Positions 37,269 through 50,726 are shown, numbered from the stretch's first letter. The stretch is 64,000 bases of DNA from Dimorphilus gyrociliatus (GCA_904063045.1 CAJFCJ010000046.1:40692-104691); one strand, 5' to 3'. A program made the numbers and translations. Notes: generated by a model not told the origin, from the letters alone.

Positions 37269-38559
37269 ATTAGAGAATATTTGACATTTTATTGGCATGA
37301 AATAGACATAAACATAAACACAAAAGATGCTTAAATAATAGCTTTGATATTATGTATCTTTCAAGGTTAATTGTTTTAATTTCTTATTAATAAATAATAA
37401 AATATAATTTCACTCTGTTATCGTTTCACCTTCCTGTCTTTACATTCTAGAATTTTTAGGATAATAATGATTTTTCAAAACTATCAATATTTAATTGTAA
37501 AATATTAAATAGCAATTTTGAACACTAACTTTATTACTGTTGACAGAAGTTTCTATTTTTAGAATCTATTGGGTAATACTTTGACATGTTAAAATCATGA
37601 TGTGACTTTCATGCATGATTATATCTTTTAGAGATATTGTTCTCTGAAGTAGTAGGCCAAATTTCAATATTATATTGAACAGTATTATCATTTATTTTAA
37701 CTAATCTGTTAAAAGATTAAGATTAAAATAATGTATTCAGTATTCAGTACAAAATCAGAAATTGCGTAATAAATAGTTTTGATTTTATTGGGCAATATTT
37801 CGAAATATTATGTTTTATGTCAATATTATGACGTGTATTTTATCAATATATATATATATAAAGAGAGTGAGAGAGAGACTCAGAGATATCATAGTCTATT
37901 TCAGTTGTAGTGTCAACAGCAAAGGAGGGAAATAATGGACAAAGCAGAAGCTTTGAAATGGAAAATTTGTCTTGGAGTAGTAGCGAATTCATTACAGGTT
38001 CCTGGAGAAAGTGGGAATACTGCTAAGTGGAAATATCAAAAAGAGAAAATATCACCAAATTGGCAAAAATATCCTAAGGAGAAGTCATTTACAATTTGGA
38101 GCAAACGTCCTCAAATAAGAGAAAAAGTCCCTTTGAGAAGACGCTCTGAACGAGGAAAAACTCAAAAGAAAAGATAATGCAATACTTTTTTACTTCACAG
38201 TTGACTGTATGATTCTAAACCTTGTTTACAATTGTTCTATTTGAAACATTTTGTGTGTTTATGATGTAAAACAATTACAATTTCGAAAAAAAAAATGGTA
38301 ATATGGACACTGTAAAAATTTCAGAATCATATTTTATTTTCTTTTATCAAGTCAACAGTGTATAGGCTTAAAAATAGGTATATAACAAGTTTATTCTCTA
38401 TATATTATAGAAAATGTTAAATCTAAATATATATTTAAAAAGTAATTTGAGCAGAGGATATATTTTAAAAGATAAATAGCATCGCAGACAAGTAGATTCA
38501 AGGGTTACAGGTGAAACCATAGCCATTGGTGGTGAATCTCTTGCTCTGACCAAGTAAAA

Positions 38560-39300
38560 CTGTTGCTGTTGATACATCATTGGAAGAACACTTTGTAGCT
38601 CTACAGAAACTTATGGAAAGAATCAAGGAAAAAGTCTTTAGATTTAAACTGAGCAAGTGTGCATTCTAACAATAATCAGTTCAATTCCTTGGTCATAGAA
38701 TTACACAGAAGGGTATTGAAACTGATCCTGAAAAGATTCAGAAAATAAAATATGCCAAATTACCTATGTTTGCAGATACTTTATTAAGTTTTGTAGCATT
38801 TTGTGGTTATTACAGAAGATTTATCAAGGACTTTGCAAAAATTACAAAACCTTTGAGAGAGTAATTAAAATTAGATCAAAAAACTGAAAAATTGAAATGG
38901 ACTAAAGAAGCAGAGGAGGCTTATCAGATACTAAAGAAATCCATGACAGAGCCACCTATACTTCAAATACTTGATTTTACCACACCATTTTATTTAACAA
39001 CAGATTCTTCCAATTATGCAGTTGGTGCTGTTCTGGAACAAGAATGGGAAGAAGATGGAAAGAAAATAAGAAAACCAATCTCTTTTGCTTCCAACCTTCT
39101 AATCAATACACAACTAAGATATGCAGCTTATCAAAAAGAATCTTTTGCTGTGTATAGGGCTGTAAAAAAATTCTCCCATTATTTGCAGTATAAGAAATTT
39201 TTTTTTATAGTGACCACCAAAGTTTAGTACAAACATTTGTACAAAACAAACTAAATTCAAGTACTGTTAAATGGGTTATGGCACTTTTGGATATGGATTT
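38560..39300 (+). mobile_element. Ty3/Gypsy pol fragment (RT thumb and RNase H), decayed
   Basis: KLSKCAF..VQFLGH..GIETDPEK..FCGYYRRFIKDFAKI..LTTDSSNYAVGAVLEQ..ISFAS, with in-frame stops. Confidence 0.85.
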
Positions 39301-39311
39301 TGAAATAATAT

Positions 39312-40729
39312 ACAGTACAGGTAACCTATTTTTGAATGCCCAGCTATTTTCTATATTAGTTAAATTATTTTTTATTTAACATTAACTTTACAATCCAATA
39401 ATTAGAAATGGCAATTGCCACTTTGTAATCAACATATGCAATTAATTAAATCTTCAAATTTCACTGTTTGAGTAACAAAAAAAATTTTATTCTGAAAAAA
39501 TCACGAAAATTTATTTCAAGAATTGAAGTAGGATAAGAATTTTAAAAAAAGTTAAAAAGTGCCCAGAATTAGTTTGGATATGAGAAAATTGGTTGTGGTA
39601 AAGAGGAAGGAGAAGATGTCAATGAAGGAAATTGCAAAACAATTAAAAATTTCCAAGGGATCTGTGCATTATATTATAAAAAAGTTCCAGAAACATGGAA
39701 CCATAAATAATTTATCCAAATTATGTACCCCAAGGCTTTTAAGAGAAAGTGAAGAGAGAAAAATTAATCAAATTTGTAAGAAAAATCCATTTTTAACTGC
39801 CAGGAATGTGCTTGAACATTCGGGACTAAACACAAAAATTTCACTGTCAACCTGCAAAAAGATTTTGCAGAAAAATGACCTTAAAGGCTATGTTGCAACC
39901 AGTAAGCCGGCACTAAGACCTTACCATGGAAGAAACAGAAAAGCATTTTGTAATTCGATGCTAGACAAGAGTCAAGAAGATATAAGTGAAATTATATTTT
40001 CGGATGAAAGTCGGATAGAGCTATATCCAAAAAGGAGAATATGGGTCCATAGGGGCATTGACAAACGGTATGATCCAAAATACACCAAAAAAGCTATTCA
40101 AACAGCTAATGCTTCAATATCAATATGGGGGTGTATAAAAGCTGATGGGACAAGAGCTATAAAGCTTTATAATGGGTATATGTACAGCATTCTATATCAA
40201 GAAATTATTGAGGAGAAGCTCTTTCCAATTTTTGAGGTAGGCAACCTGCTTATGCAGGATGGTGCCAAATGCCACACATCCGCCTCTACAAGGAGGTTTC
40301 TGGAAAGAATCAATATTGAAATTTTGGAAGACTGGCCTTCCAGAAGCCCAGAATTGAATATTATTGAAAATTTATGGGCTTACTTAAAAAATAAACTGCA
40401 GACCCATGTTTTACAGACCATTTGTGGAGGGCAGTAGAAGAGGAGTTTAATAACATACCAAACTCTTATATTACAAATTTATACAAAAGCTTCCATAAAA
40501 GAGCCAGATTATGTCAGAAAAAAAAGGATATAATATAAGATATTAAAGAAAAAGAAAAAGTGATTATTTGAAGTAGAATAATGTATATGTTAATAAAATG
40601 TAAAAATAAACATATTTCTTGCCTTTTCCAACAACAATTTTATCAGAATTTGTAAAGTTCAAAAATAGGATATCAGGCACTTTTTGTGATTTTTTCAGAT
40701 TACAAAGTGGCAATTGCCATGTCTAATTA
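39312..40729 (+). mobile_element. Tc1-like transposon, near-complete DD35E transposase with a C-terminal frameshift
   Basis: Paired-like HTH, FSDESRIEL, IWGC, QDGAKCH..WPSRSPELNIIE. 32-bp inverted repeats at 39399-39430 and 40698-40729 (1 mismatch). TA-CAGT start at ~39312. Confidence 0.85.
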
Positions 40730-40739
40730 ACCATTTCCA

Positions 40740-42841
40740 GATGTTTCATGAAGACAACTTGGACCAAATTATCTGGCTTTGCTAAATAATTTCACTAATA
40801 TGGTTCCCAGTAATGGGATGTATTATACTGAAGACGATTACACTGAAATTCAATTTAATGGTAATGATGAAGAATACGCCTTCTATGTTGTCGTTACAAA
40901 CTGTAAATTTGATTCAAACTTTCTAAAACAATTTTGCTTGTCAACATTTGAAAATGGTATTGGCCTTATCAAATTCTTTTTTCCAGCCAAAGGGGAATAT
41001 AGTATCAATATCTTTTCAGATAAAAGAAAAATACAATTTCCATGCAATTGTACATGTGTTGCCAAAGAAAAAAACCAAAGAAAATTAGCTATCCTTCTGT
41101 ATGTTCATATATTGTTGTTAGTACTCAACAACCAAAACAAACACCAACAATATTTCCTGAAAATGATGTATATACAATTGGTAAACAAAATCATTTTTTA
41201 AAAATGGGATTAAGAGTTGAAGATAATTTTCATTCATTTCAAAAATGTAGAAAATCAATTCAATTTCAATTTTTCAAAACTAAACCATGCCAATTCAATA
41301 TTGAATTATTTTCATTTAATGATCACGAAATGAAAATTGATAGAAGCCTTTATTCATTTATTCAAAATTCTATTTCATCTGTTCAGTTTTTTTTGAATTT
41401 TCCATCTAGAGAAATGTACAAATGTCTCATTTATGGAAAAGAATTAAATTCTAAAAAGAATAGCAAACTGCTCTATATTTGCTATTTTGATGTTATTGAA
41501 GAGTTTTCAGATGCTTTTCAATTTCCACAAACAACTGATCAATGGAGAAATAGTGAAATAAATTGCATCATTCAACCAAAATGGACAATTCATTGTACAA
41601 CAACTGCAAAATTCCAAATTCAAGGAGTTCAATGCTGGGAAATGATTGCTTATCTTTCCACCAACAAAAACCATGTATTAACATTTAGCTGTGACAATGA
41701 TATTTGGTCATGTGATGTGGATATTGGTGAAAAATTGGGATATTTAATAATAGGGATAATATTAAAAAAAAATCAAAGACCTTTATTGAAATTTTAAGAT
41801 ATAATATCTATGAGATGATTGCAGCAGAGTCTGAAATCAAAAGTGAAGAAGAGGAAGAAGAGGAAGAGGAGGAAGAGAAGGAAGAAGAAAATGAAGAGGT
41901 TGTTGAGACTGAGAAAATTTCAAATGACATTGTACCAATGGAAGAAATTGATTTTCTAAACTAAATGGAAAAAATTGTCTATATAAGTCCATTCATTGAT
42001 GAGGAAGGTAAAGAAGAGGAAGATGAAGAGGACACTAAAAATGAAATAGTTGTAAGTGCAATTATTCAATTCACCCAAAAATTTCTCTTAATTTCTGTCA
42101 ATATTAGGAAACAAGTACTCATTCTTTACAAGAACAAACAGCTGATGATGTTACTGATGATGAACCAATTGAAGTAGAAGACCCTGATAAGTTGAATGAA
42201 ATAAAGAAAAGTTTGTTTTTGTCAGTTTTTTGACTAATATTTGTTTTTAATTTGTGTGCCATTTTTTAGAATTGGCAGAAGCAGTTGACGATATAGATTA
42301 TGACGCATTGAAATCAATTTTAAAGATAGCATCAATTAAACCAATTTGCTATTCATTAAAGAATGAACTAGCAGAGGCAAACAAATTGATGGACAACTTA
42401 AAATCAATCAAAAGTTTACAGTATAGAATTCTTAAACTGGATCAGAGATGTATTGCTGAACTACACAATTACAGTACTCCACCGACAATTGTGCATACTG
42501 TTATGAAATCAGTACTACTCATCTTATCAGTTCCAGAATCGGAATCTGAACATTGGAATGAATGTCAAAAATATATTAAATTTGTTTCATCAAAATCTAT
42601 ATTAAAGAAGATAGATAAGTTGGAAATATTAAAATTGCACCCTAGTATTGTACTCAGGGCTAATAACATAATATCTTCTATAAATTTACAACAAGTAAAA
42701 GAAGCTAGTGCAGGTGCAGCTGCATTCTTTCTTTGGATTAGTCACAGTATATCAGTCTATACAAATGTTCATAAAGCAAGGATGTCAAAATTTCAACCAG
42801 CTGGCATTGCATTGCAAAAGCAGATATTTGGGATAAAATAG
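40740..42841 (+). pseudogene. Hillarin/KY-like protein C-terminal part (Ig-like repeats, acidic linker, hillarin-type tail)
   Basis: KY-like Ig segments (FFLNFP..MYKCLIYGK..FPQ). Tail IAELHNYSTPP..VHTVMKSVLLIL..W..ASAGAAAFFLWI. Frameshifts near 41060 and 41800. Confidence 0.6.
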
Positions 42842-43744
42842 GCCTACAAATACACTGTGATGTTTTGATTTTGATCAATTGATGAATAAGTTGATGATGA
42901 GAAGGATAGGGAATTTTTAAGAAATATAGAAAATATTGAAATGATAATAAATTATAGGCCTAATCTAATCTTTTTCACCTTAGTAAAACATATCAACATG
43001 TTTTAAATATTATTTTTCTTCATTAAATCATAACAACTAAAACAATAAAATTTATATAAATTATACTTTGTTGTATTATAAATGAAGGAATTTCTGCCAT
43101 ATCACAACTGCATTCGTCTTTTCAATCCCCTTCAGTCAATTGGTAATCCAATTTATGGAAAAAATTTCAAAACTAATAATATAAATAATTTATATCTAAC
43201 TGAGTAGTAGAAAATATATAGATAGTCTGTTCAGGTTTTCCAGTTAGATCATAACAAATATATATAAACAAAAGCTACATGTAATCAAGAGTGCTATAAT
43301 ACAATTGTTTGATCTTGTCTTTCACTTGTGGATAAAGGGGCATATGAACCAGATGCAGAAAGTTCTTGTTCACGTTGTCGAGTTGCTGAGGAAACTCTAC
43401 AAAAAAAATATCAAATTGAGTTAAGAGAAAAGAAAGAAAAGAATTTTAATTAAACAATGAAAGTGTATGAAGTTTTAAAAGAAAAATAAACTTTATTTTA
43501 CATTCACCAATTAATATTGTTGTTCATCTCCAGCATAGATGTTTGGCTTTTACTTGAAAATGTATTTGAAAGGCATTATTTGATTTTTTGATCATAATAA
43601 ATAAATATACGCTATTCCTGTTCAAATTGTGATGACTATTGAACTGTGCATTACTCACACATGGCGTTTTCAACAACCCACTTGGCTGATAAATGTTGAT
43701 GATATTTTAAAACCATTTAAAATATCCAAATATCTAGGTGTAAA

Positions 43745-43935
43745 ATAGCTTTTGATTTATAGTTAGCTGGGTTCCATCTAAGGGTTAGGGCTAGTCAACA
43801 AAGTTAAGGAGTGACAAGGGCTAGTTTAGGGTTATTTATAAATTTAATAGTTATATTCAAAACTTACTTTACTCCTCCTAACCATTTTTCAACCCGAAAA
43901 GTTGCTTTCAAAAATCTCATTTTGGGACATCCATT
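43745..43935. mobile_element. Decayed MITE pieces in both orientations
   Basis: TAGCTTTTGATTTATAGTTAG..CCATCTAAGGGTTAGGG matches the interior of 45732. No TSD. Confidence 0.55.
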
Positions 43936-44599
43936 CTAGACTAGTTAACATCTCAGGCTGACAGTAAACATTCTTTTGTTACATGTTTTGCAATTTAATT
44001 GTTTAAAAATGGTATACCCCTGCACTTTCTATTGAAAAGGTTGTTACAAAAACAGCATTTATGTATTGAGTGTGCTGAGCTTCTATCTTTAAGAAAGTAA
44101 TTAGAAAACTAAGCTATCAACCATTGATTAGGAGAAATTGGAACTGGTCCAAAAGTCAACAATAGCCAAGTTTGACCTTTTAATAACCTTAAGCTGGCTA
44201 GTAAATTAATGTTGGTAGGTAGTTGAAGTAAAACTAGTGTATTGGTGTGCTATTGTTAAGTATTCATAGGAAACAGTAATGAGTTTTATCTACAGTTTTC
44301 TTAAAGGCATCTTTATCAAACTGAAGTGCACATTTATTAAAAGATTTTTGATAAATATAGATTTAAACAATAAAACAAAACTGAAATTGCAGATATTGGA
44401 GTTTCTACTTTCATTATTTCATCACATATTTTATTATTCTGTACAATTTTATTAATCAAAAGCAATTGTGACTGTTATCAAATGGTTTATGGGCGTTTTA
44501 AAAAATCATAGGCCTAATCAAGTTTCTATATAAAATATCAGAAAATTTGTAGACTGTACAGTCAATCATGAGTAGACTAGTTCAATTTATGGAGAGAAC

Positions 44600-45400
44600 A
44601 TCAATGGACTGGTATGAATATGTTAATTCCTTAGAATATCGATTTCAATATTTGAATAAGAATTTTTTTTTAATTTGATAAAACGTCCTCAAAAATGTTA
44701 TGAAATACAATAGGAGTTGACTTTTTCACCATAATCCATGAAGTCAATGTGAATTTATCCTGAATGGTCCCAAAAAACTGTGCACATCAGTTTTTCAGCT
44801 GATTTAGTCATTTTTAGCTTTTTTCCAGGTGGCAATGATGTGTGTTTGTAGGTTAGGGAAGCCCTCTTTGACTCAGGCTCAGAGAGATGAACCCAATATT
44901 CATCCCCAGTTACTATTCAAAAAATGCTTCTTTTTCTGCCATGTACCAATTAAGTAGTTCAATACAATGGCTCACCCTTACCTCTTTTTGATCCTGATTA
45001 AGATCATAGGGGATCCATTTAGCACAAATTTTTCTGTACCCTAGCTCCTTAATCATCTTCCCAACAGCCTCTTGACCAATATCTAATTTTTTGGCAATTG
45101 CTCTCTGAGATGTGTTTCAATCTTTCCTGATAAGCCTATCAACTGATTCTTTATTTTGATCTGTTAGAGCTGTCTTTGGACGACCAGATCTTGGCAAGTC
45201 GTCAAGATTTTTTCTTCCTTTTTTTATTTTAATAGCCCACCTTCTTACTGAAGATTCACTCAGAGTTTCATCCCCAAAATAGCTTTTTAACCTTGTGTAA
45301 ATATTCTTTGAAGAGGCCTTCTCATGAACTAAAAATGCAATAGTTTTTTGCTGATCTGAACATGTAGACATAACCTGCTGTTGTTTGCACTGAAATAATT
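44600..45400 (-). mobile_element. Mariner transposase relic
   Basis: HTH ..LSESSVRRW..LDDLPRSGRP; IVTGDEYWV..EPESK; KLMCTVFWD, with stops. Confidence 0.8.
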
Positions 45401-45731
45401 TTGTAAAAGTAAAGAAGTTGTAAAGAAGTTAAAGAAAGTAACCTTGCCTATTGCAAAGGAATCAACAAAAGATGAGTAAAAGTTACCCACAAATTTGTTG
45501 AAGAAAAATTGTTGCCAAGAACAGATATTTGGTTCCAAGGACCTGAAGGAAAGCAGTTCAAGTTGACTAAAAGAAAATAGGATATATCCTACTAGAAAGA
45601 GTTATAAATACAAAAGAAGAAAGAGAGATAAAAATAAAAATCACCAAAGTGGAACAAGGGCACATGGAAGAACCTATAAATATTAAAATTGGTTGACAGA
45701 AATTTCATCAACTTGCAAGAAACTTTTAACC

Positions 45732-45938
45732 TGGGCCAACAGAAAACATCCCCAAATGAGATTTTTGAAAGCAACATTTCGGATTCAAAAATGGTTAGGA
45801 GGAGTAAAGTAGCTTTTGATTTATAGTTAGGGGGATTCCATCTAAGGGTTAGGAGCAATCAAAAAGGTTAAGGAGAGACAAGGGCTAGGTTAGGGTTAGG
45901 GTTAAACTGTGCTTTTGGGGACGTTTTCTGTCATATCC
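45732..45938 (+). mobile_element. Mutator-type MITE with TTAGGG motifs (subfamily B)
   Basis: Perfect TSD CTTTTAACC (45723-45731, 45939-45947). TIR core ACAGAAAACRTCCCCAAA. Confidence 0.85.
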
Positions 45939-46539
45939 CTTTTAACCAGCTCTCAAGAATGTTATGTAGAGCATTTGTGCAGAGGAATAGGATGATAACT
46001 TTATTAAGTCCTATCTTACCTCAGTTGTCTACAGTTTTATCTGAAGAAAAAGGAATACATAGCACTTGACTGGGAGACCTCACAACAATTAATTATTGTA
46101 TACAACACAAATCTATTAAGATCATATGTGACACAAACATTATTGTTAAATATCGTAAATGTTCAAAAACAGCTATTGGCCAAGTATATGGAGTTAATGC
46201 TCTCAGTGGAGCTCATAACCCATCAGATGCATGAAATCAGCCAAAAAGATATAATCTATGGCAAATGTAACACTGAACAAAATCTTTTCAAGGTAAAAGA
46301 TAATCCCTATGATAGTCAGAGTAACAACAAACAGCAAATATTTCTTCATTATTCTGCAAATGGATGTAAATTCAGGAAAGTGGCTGCTCAATCAATAAGA
46401 TTAAAGATTTCAAATAAGCTGGAAGAACACCAATTAGATATTGAAAGACTCTCAGAACTTTTGAAATTAGGCATTAAAGAAGCTGTTGGAAAAAAGGGTG
46501 TACAGCTACAGCAAGTATTTGATTATGTGACAAGTAAGA

Positions 46540-47703
46540 TTGATCAATATTGGTTCAACTTTCTCCACTAATACACATCAAACTGTGAATATTGCTCTAA
46601 ATCAAGTTTGTTATTCGTCTAGCAAAGAGAGCAACCAAAAAGGAAAACAACTGGCATTGGACGGATCTTTTGATCAATATTCATACTTTAGCTCTACTAC
46701 TAATCCTTTGGAAAATGAATGGTGGATGGTTGTATTTTCAAACAGTTATTTTGTGAGGACAATCAGAATTTTAAATCCTAAACATCATTCAATGTCAAAT
46801 GTTGCATTTTTGACTAGTATTGAAGATACTAACCCTAATAATATCAATTCTTTTACACTGTGCAATCAAGGTTCAGTTGGATCAATGCAATCTCTAACTG
46901 TTGATTGTTTGAATGGACCGCAATATTCCAAATTGACTGTTGTTAAACTTGAATCTGTCAATAAGAAATTAACTATATCTGAAATTGAAATTTGGACAAT
47001 GAGAGATATTGATAGGAATAAACTCAATGTCTTACCACTAATTGTCAATGAACAAACCGGGAATGATGGTCAAAGTTTCTCCTCTTGGGAGGATCCATTC
47101 TGTTCATGGACAGGTTCAATTGTTCCAAGTTGGTGGGTAATAGACTTGGAAATAGAGAGTGAAATATATGCTGTGTCATTGGTAAATAGAAATTACGCTC
47201 TTGAACGTCTAAGTCAATCAAAAATAATAATATCAAATAATGTTTTAACGAATCCTCCTTGGCAACCCGAAATATTATGTAACACAATAGATGACGCTAC
47301 TTTATACATGACCAGACGTTGTCCTAAATATACAATTGGTAGATATCTTGCTCTGTTCAAGCCATCTTATGTTTCATCTTCTGGTAATGGATTGACTATA
47401 TGTGAAATTGAAATATTTGGGTCAACTTTGAATGATACAGCTCAATTTACTTGGATAATAAATTCTTCATCTTCTACAATTCAAATAAATTCTAGAATGT
47501 TGTGTAACAATCAGAATGTCCAATCAATTGAAATTACTCAATATAAGAGTAAAATTGTATTGGTAGAAGTAAAAGGTATTCTTCTTTCGAAATCTTGCAA
47601 AAATGATGCTGTAAAATTGATTGCATCTCGGGGAAACAATATGGAGGAATGCCAATTGGAAGGTACTTTAGATGGATACTACTCTCAGTATGATATTTTG
47701 TGA
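46540..47703 (+). CDS. Tandem F-type lectin (FTP, F5/8-fold) domain protein; 5' exon not identified
   Basis: NIALNQ..ALDG..WWMV..LTISEIEI and WWVIDL..VNRNYALERL..GRY..LTICEIEIFG. 387-aa open frame with no signal peptide. Confidence 0.65.
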   Translation: MINIGSTFSTNTHQTVNIALNQVCYSSSKESNQKGKQLALDGSFDQYSYFSSTTNPLENEWWMVVFSNSYFVRTIRILNPKHHSMSNVAFLTSIEDTNPNNINSFTLCNQGSVGSMQSLTVDCLNGPQYSKLTVVKLESVNKKLTISEIEIWTMRDIDRNKLNVLPLIVNEQTGNDGQSFSSWEDPFCSWTGSIVPSWWVIDLEIESEIYAVSLVNRNYALERLSQSKIIISNNVLTNPPWQPEILCNTIDDATLYMTRRCPKYTIGRYLALFKPSYVSSSGNGLTICEIEIFGSTLNDTAQFTWIINSSSSTIQINSRMLCNNQNVQSIEITQYKSKIVLVEVKGILLSKSCKNDAVKLIASRGNNMEECQLEGTLDGYYSQYDIL

Positions 47704-47991
47704 AAATTCAAATTTTAAAAATATCCACTCTGAAATATATATCATAGGACTATGGAGAAGAAAAGTATGTAAAATTTTGACCACTTTTTAAGAAAAATCA
47801 CTTCAATAATTGTTTTGGCGTAGGATTGTTCTATAAATTCAGTTTTGCAAAAAATAAAAAAAATATCAACTTAAACACTAAAATAACTAAGCATTAAGTA
47901 TGGCATACCTCTTTCATATAACACAGTTTAGAATTCAAAATCTATTCAATTGTAAATAAACTACTCTTAAGTTAACTCTTCTCTATTTGAG

Positions 47992-48109
47992 AATACCAGT
48001 TTTCTTTAATGGACATAATGACGTTTGTTAATAACTTAATAAAATATGTAACTGAAAATTATATACATATGGCCCAAAACAAAAGTAGCTATTAACACAC
48101 TGATAAATA
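47992..48109 (+). repeat. 118-bp dispersed duplicate of 26642-26759
   Basis: Direct comparison shows 3 mismatches. Abuts the left array of the 48107 MULE. Confidence 0.85.
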
Positions 48110-49239
48110 TGGGGTGGGGAAAAAATGTCCCAGGGTGGGAAAAAACGTTCTAATTGTTGGGAAAAAACATCCTAATTGTTGGGAAAAAACGTCCTAAAGC
48201 TTGGGAAAAAACTTCCTATGCCTGGCTAAAGATATACTTGGCATAATTATTGATACTTTTAATCAGAAATGTTTTTCTCTTTTGCTGTTTACTTCATTTA
48301 TAGAATAAAATATTAATATTTTTGAAGAAAGGGATATGTATTGTGATGTTTTTACCAGTTTTCTCTGAATTATGTAATGCTATTAAAAGAGAAATGAATT
48401 ATTTCCTTGTATTGTCTGTAAGTGAAAGATAAATTTTGCAGTTCTTGGCATATTTTCAGGCTAATTTGTTTTTTAAGCATTGAAACTCTTGTATTGATTT
48501 GGTTTTTTTGAATATTACAAGATAATATATTTTTTTAAGAACCCTTCTCTCCTGTCAGTTATTATTTATAATTTTTGTATTGGCAGCCATGTTTGATATT
48601 TGAAAGTTAATTTATTTTTACAGAAACATTGAAAGTACTTGGATTAAGCATTCAATTTGGACACCAAATTGTTGGTCTGTATTTGGTCTTGCCATCAGCA
48701 CCAACAATGATGCTGAAGGATGGCACAGAAGAATAAATGAAAAGACTCCTGCAAAAGGCTCATTTTATATGCTCATAGATATTTTAAAACAGGAATCAAG
48801 TCTTATTCCAGTTGTAGAGAAACTTCTATCAGAAAAAAGGCTAAAGAAGTATCAGAAGAAAAGTGCCATCCAGAAGCAGAACCAAGTATTTGCTGTTTGG
48901 GATAAATACAGATTGGGAATGGTTACATCTGCTGTCTTCTTGCAGAAGATTGCATTAATCTATTCAAACTAATTCTCAGTGTCTTAGCATAATTTTTACT
49001 TTATTCTGGTAACTTTTAAACTTTGTATAACATTCTTAGCTTTTTTCATTTTTAAGACATTTTAATAAACATATATTCATTATTAATTATTATATTCTCA
49101 GTATATTGTCTTTGGTTCCCAAAATAGAGCAATCACTTTAAAATTCAAATATCTTTTCCCACTATTTGTTTTTCCCAACCTTAGGATGTTTTTTCCCAGG
49201 GATGTTTTTTCCCAAGGACATTTTTTCCCATACTCATTC
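48107..49239 (+). mobile_element. Non-autonomous MULE with inverted subterminal arrays and an intact last transposase exon
   Basis: GGGAAAAAACRTCC x5 on the left, inverted copies on the right ending CATACTCATTC. Exon ..STWIKHSIWTP..TNNDAEGWHRR..IYSN*. Confidence 0.8.
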
Positions 49240-49880
49240 AAGATGGCTACATGTAACAATTGTTGTTTTGAATAGTTGTATTTATTGTCTGTCATCGAAT
49301 TATTGTGTAGAAAACAGAATTGGAATTTACAATGAAACCAAGTTTCCAGATTCACAATTTTCTGATCATTTGCCTTATAGAGATAGAGAACCATATCATG
49401 CAAGAATTACAGATGGTAGATTGACATCATGGATGACTCTTCATTATGGAAATGGATGGCTTCAAATATATCTAGGTCAATATGAAATAGAAAATATTTC
49501 ACAATAGAACATATAATTGCTTTTCAGGTGAGATCTATGATATTCACAGAATTGAAATTAGAGGCGATTGTTGGTGCAGTGATGGAAACCATGAGCCATA
49601 TTATACATTAACTTTCAAATTATCATATTCATTGAATGGAGGTCAAATATTTAATTATGCAGATGAAAATGGAGGAGATAGAGTTGTTTTAAAAATTTAA
49701 ATTTCAAAAGTAATTTTAAGGATTAATAATTGGGTTATTATTATTTTTTTTTGAAACAGATCTTTCATGGAAATACAATAGCAACATAAAATATAATCAA
49801 TAAAATTAATTTCAACAAGAAAATTCAAGCTGATACAATAAGATTAACCCTAATGTCTGGTTTCTATGCAGCAACAGCTT
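49240..49880 (+). pseudogene. Coagulation factor 5/8 (FA58C) domain fragment
   Basis: C..IGI..KFPDSQFS..PYHARI..WLQIYLG..FKLSYSLNG..IFHGN..FELY, with stops. The 5' side is cut by the MULE. Confidence 0.65.
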
Positions 49881-50726
49881 TTGAATTATATTGATGTGGT
49901 AATTTTTTTGTTACTATTGGAAAAAAAAATTAGTTTATTTTAAACATTACACATTTGAAATAAGATGGCCTCTTACCATATTATTGATGGTTAATTAATT
50001 AAAATATTTAACAGCATCAAATGTAGAAGTTCTTTGCTTGCAAAGTCACAAAGCCAATGATACTCAACATATTGTATTAAACTTTTGCAAATGTCACTTA
50101 AAATCCATATAAAAAAAACACAAAAACATTCAGTCAAATATTAATTCAATTAGACTTCCTAAAAGTTGGACTCTGTAATGTTCATTTCTGGTTGATCTGA
50201 GAACAGATGCAGATGTGATAAAACCCCAAGTATTCAATGAGAAATATTCAGTTTATTTCATTAATATATTAAAAAATCAATAAAATGTCAATGTCCCAAG
50301 TGTTTGACAAATGCCAAGAATACTTTCCTAAAGTTTTATCTTGACTGTCATGCAAAAGAAAAATATATAATATACACATAGAATGTTCTTTGGTGAGAGA
50401 TACAGATATACATCTGTTTGCCTTAAGTATTTTTTTGACCATAACAGATGGGGCTACTATTGATTAACACAGGAACAAAGAACATAGAAAAGGCTCCTTT
50501 GTTTTTTTTTCAAATTTCCAACTTTGATGCTATAGTGATTGGGGTTGATAATTAATCATAACTTGGCCAAACCTGAACTGACACTTAAAACAATTGTATT
50601 GTTGAAATTGAAAAGTTAGCCTATATAGCAAATGCTCATTTAATGTTTAACTATAAATGAATCTCTATAACCATATATAAGAGGAAAATAATAAAAACAT
50701 GACCCAGTGAAATCTTAAATTCAAAG

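Noticed and set aside
37935-38580. Short ORFs next to the Gypsy fragment as gag or integrase tail
   Set aside because: No zinc knuckle, chromodomain or GPY/F motif.
46128-46571. 147-aa ORF overlapping the start of the lectin ORF
   Set aside because: No recognisable motif or signal peptide, and I could not splice it convincingly to the lectin frame.
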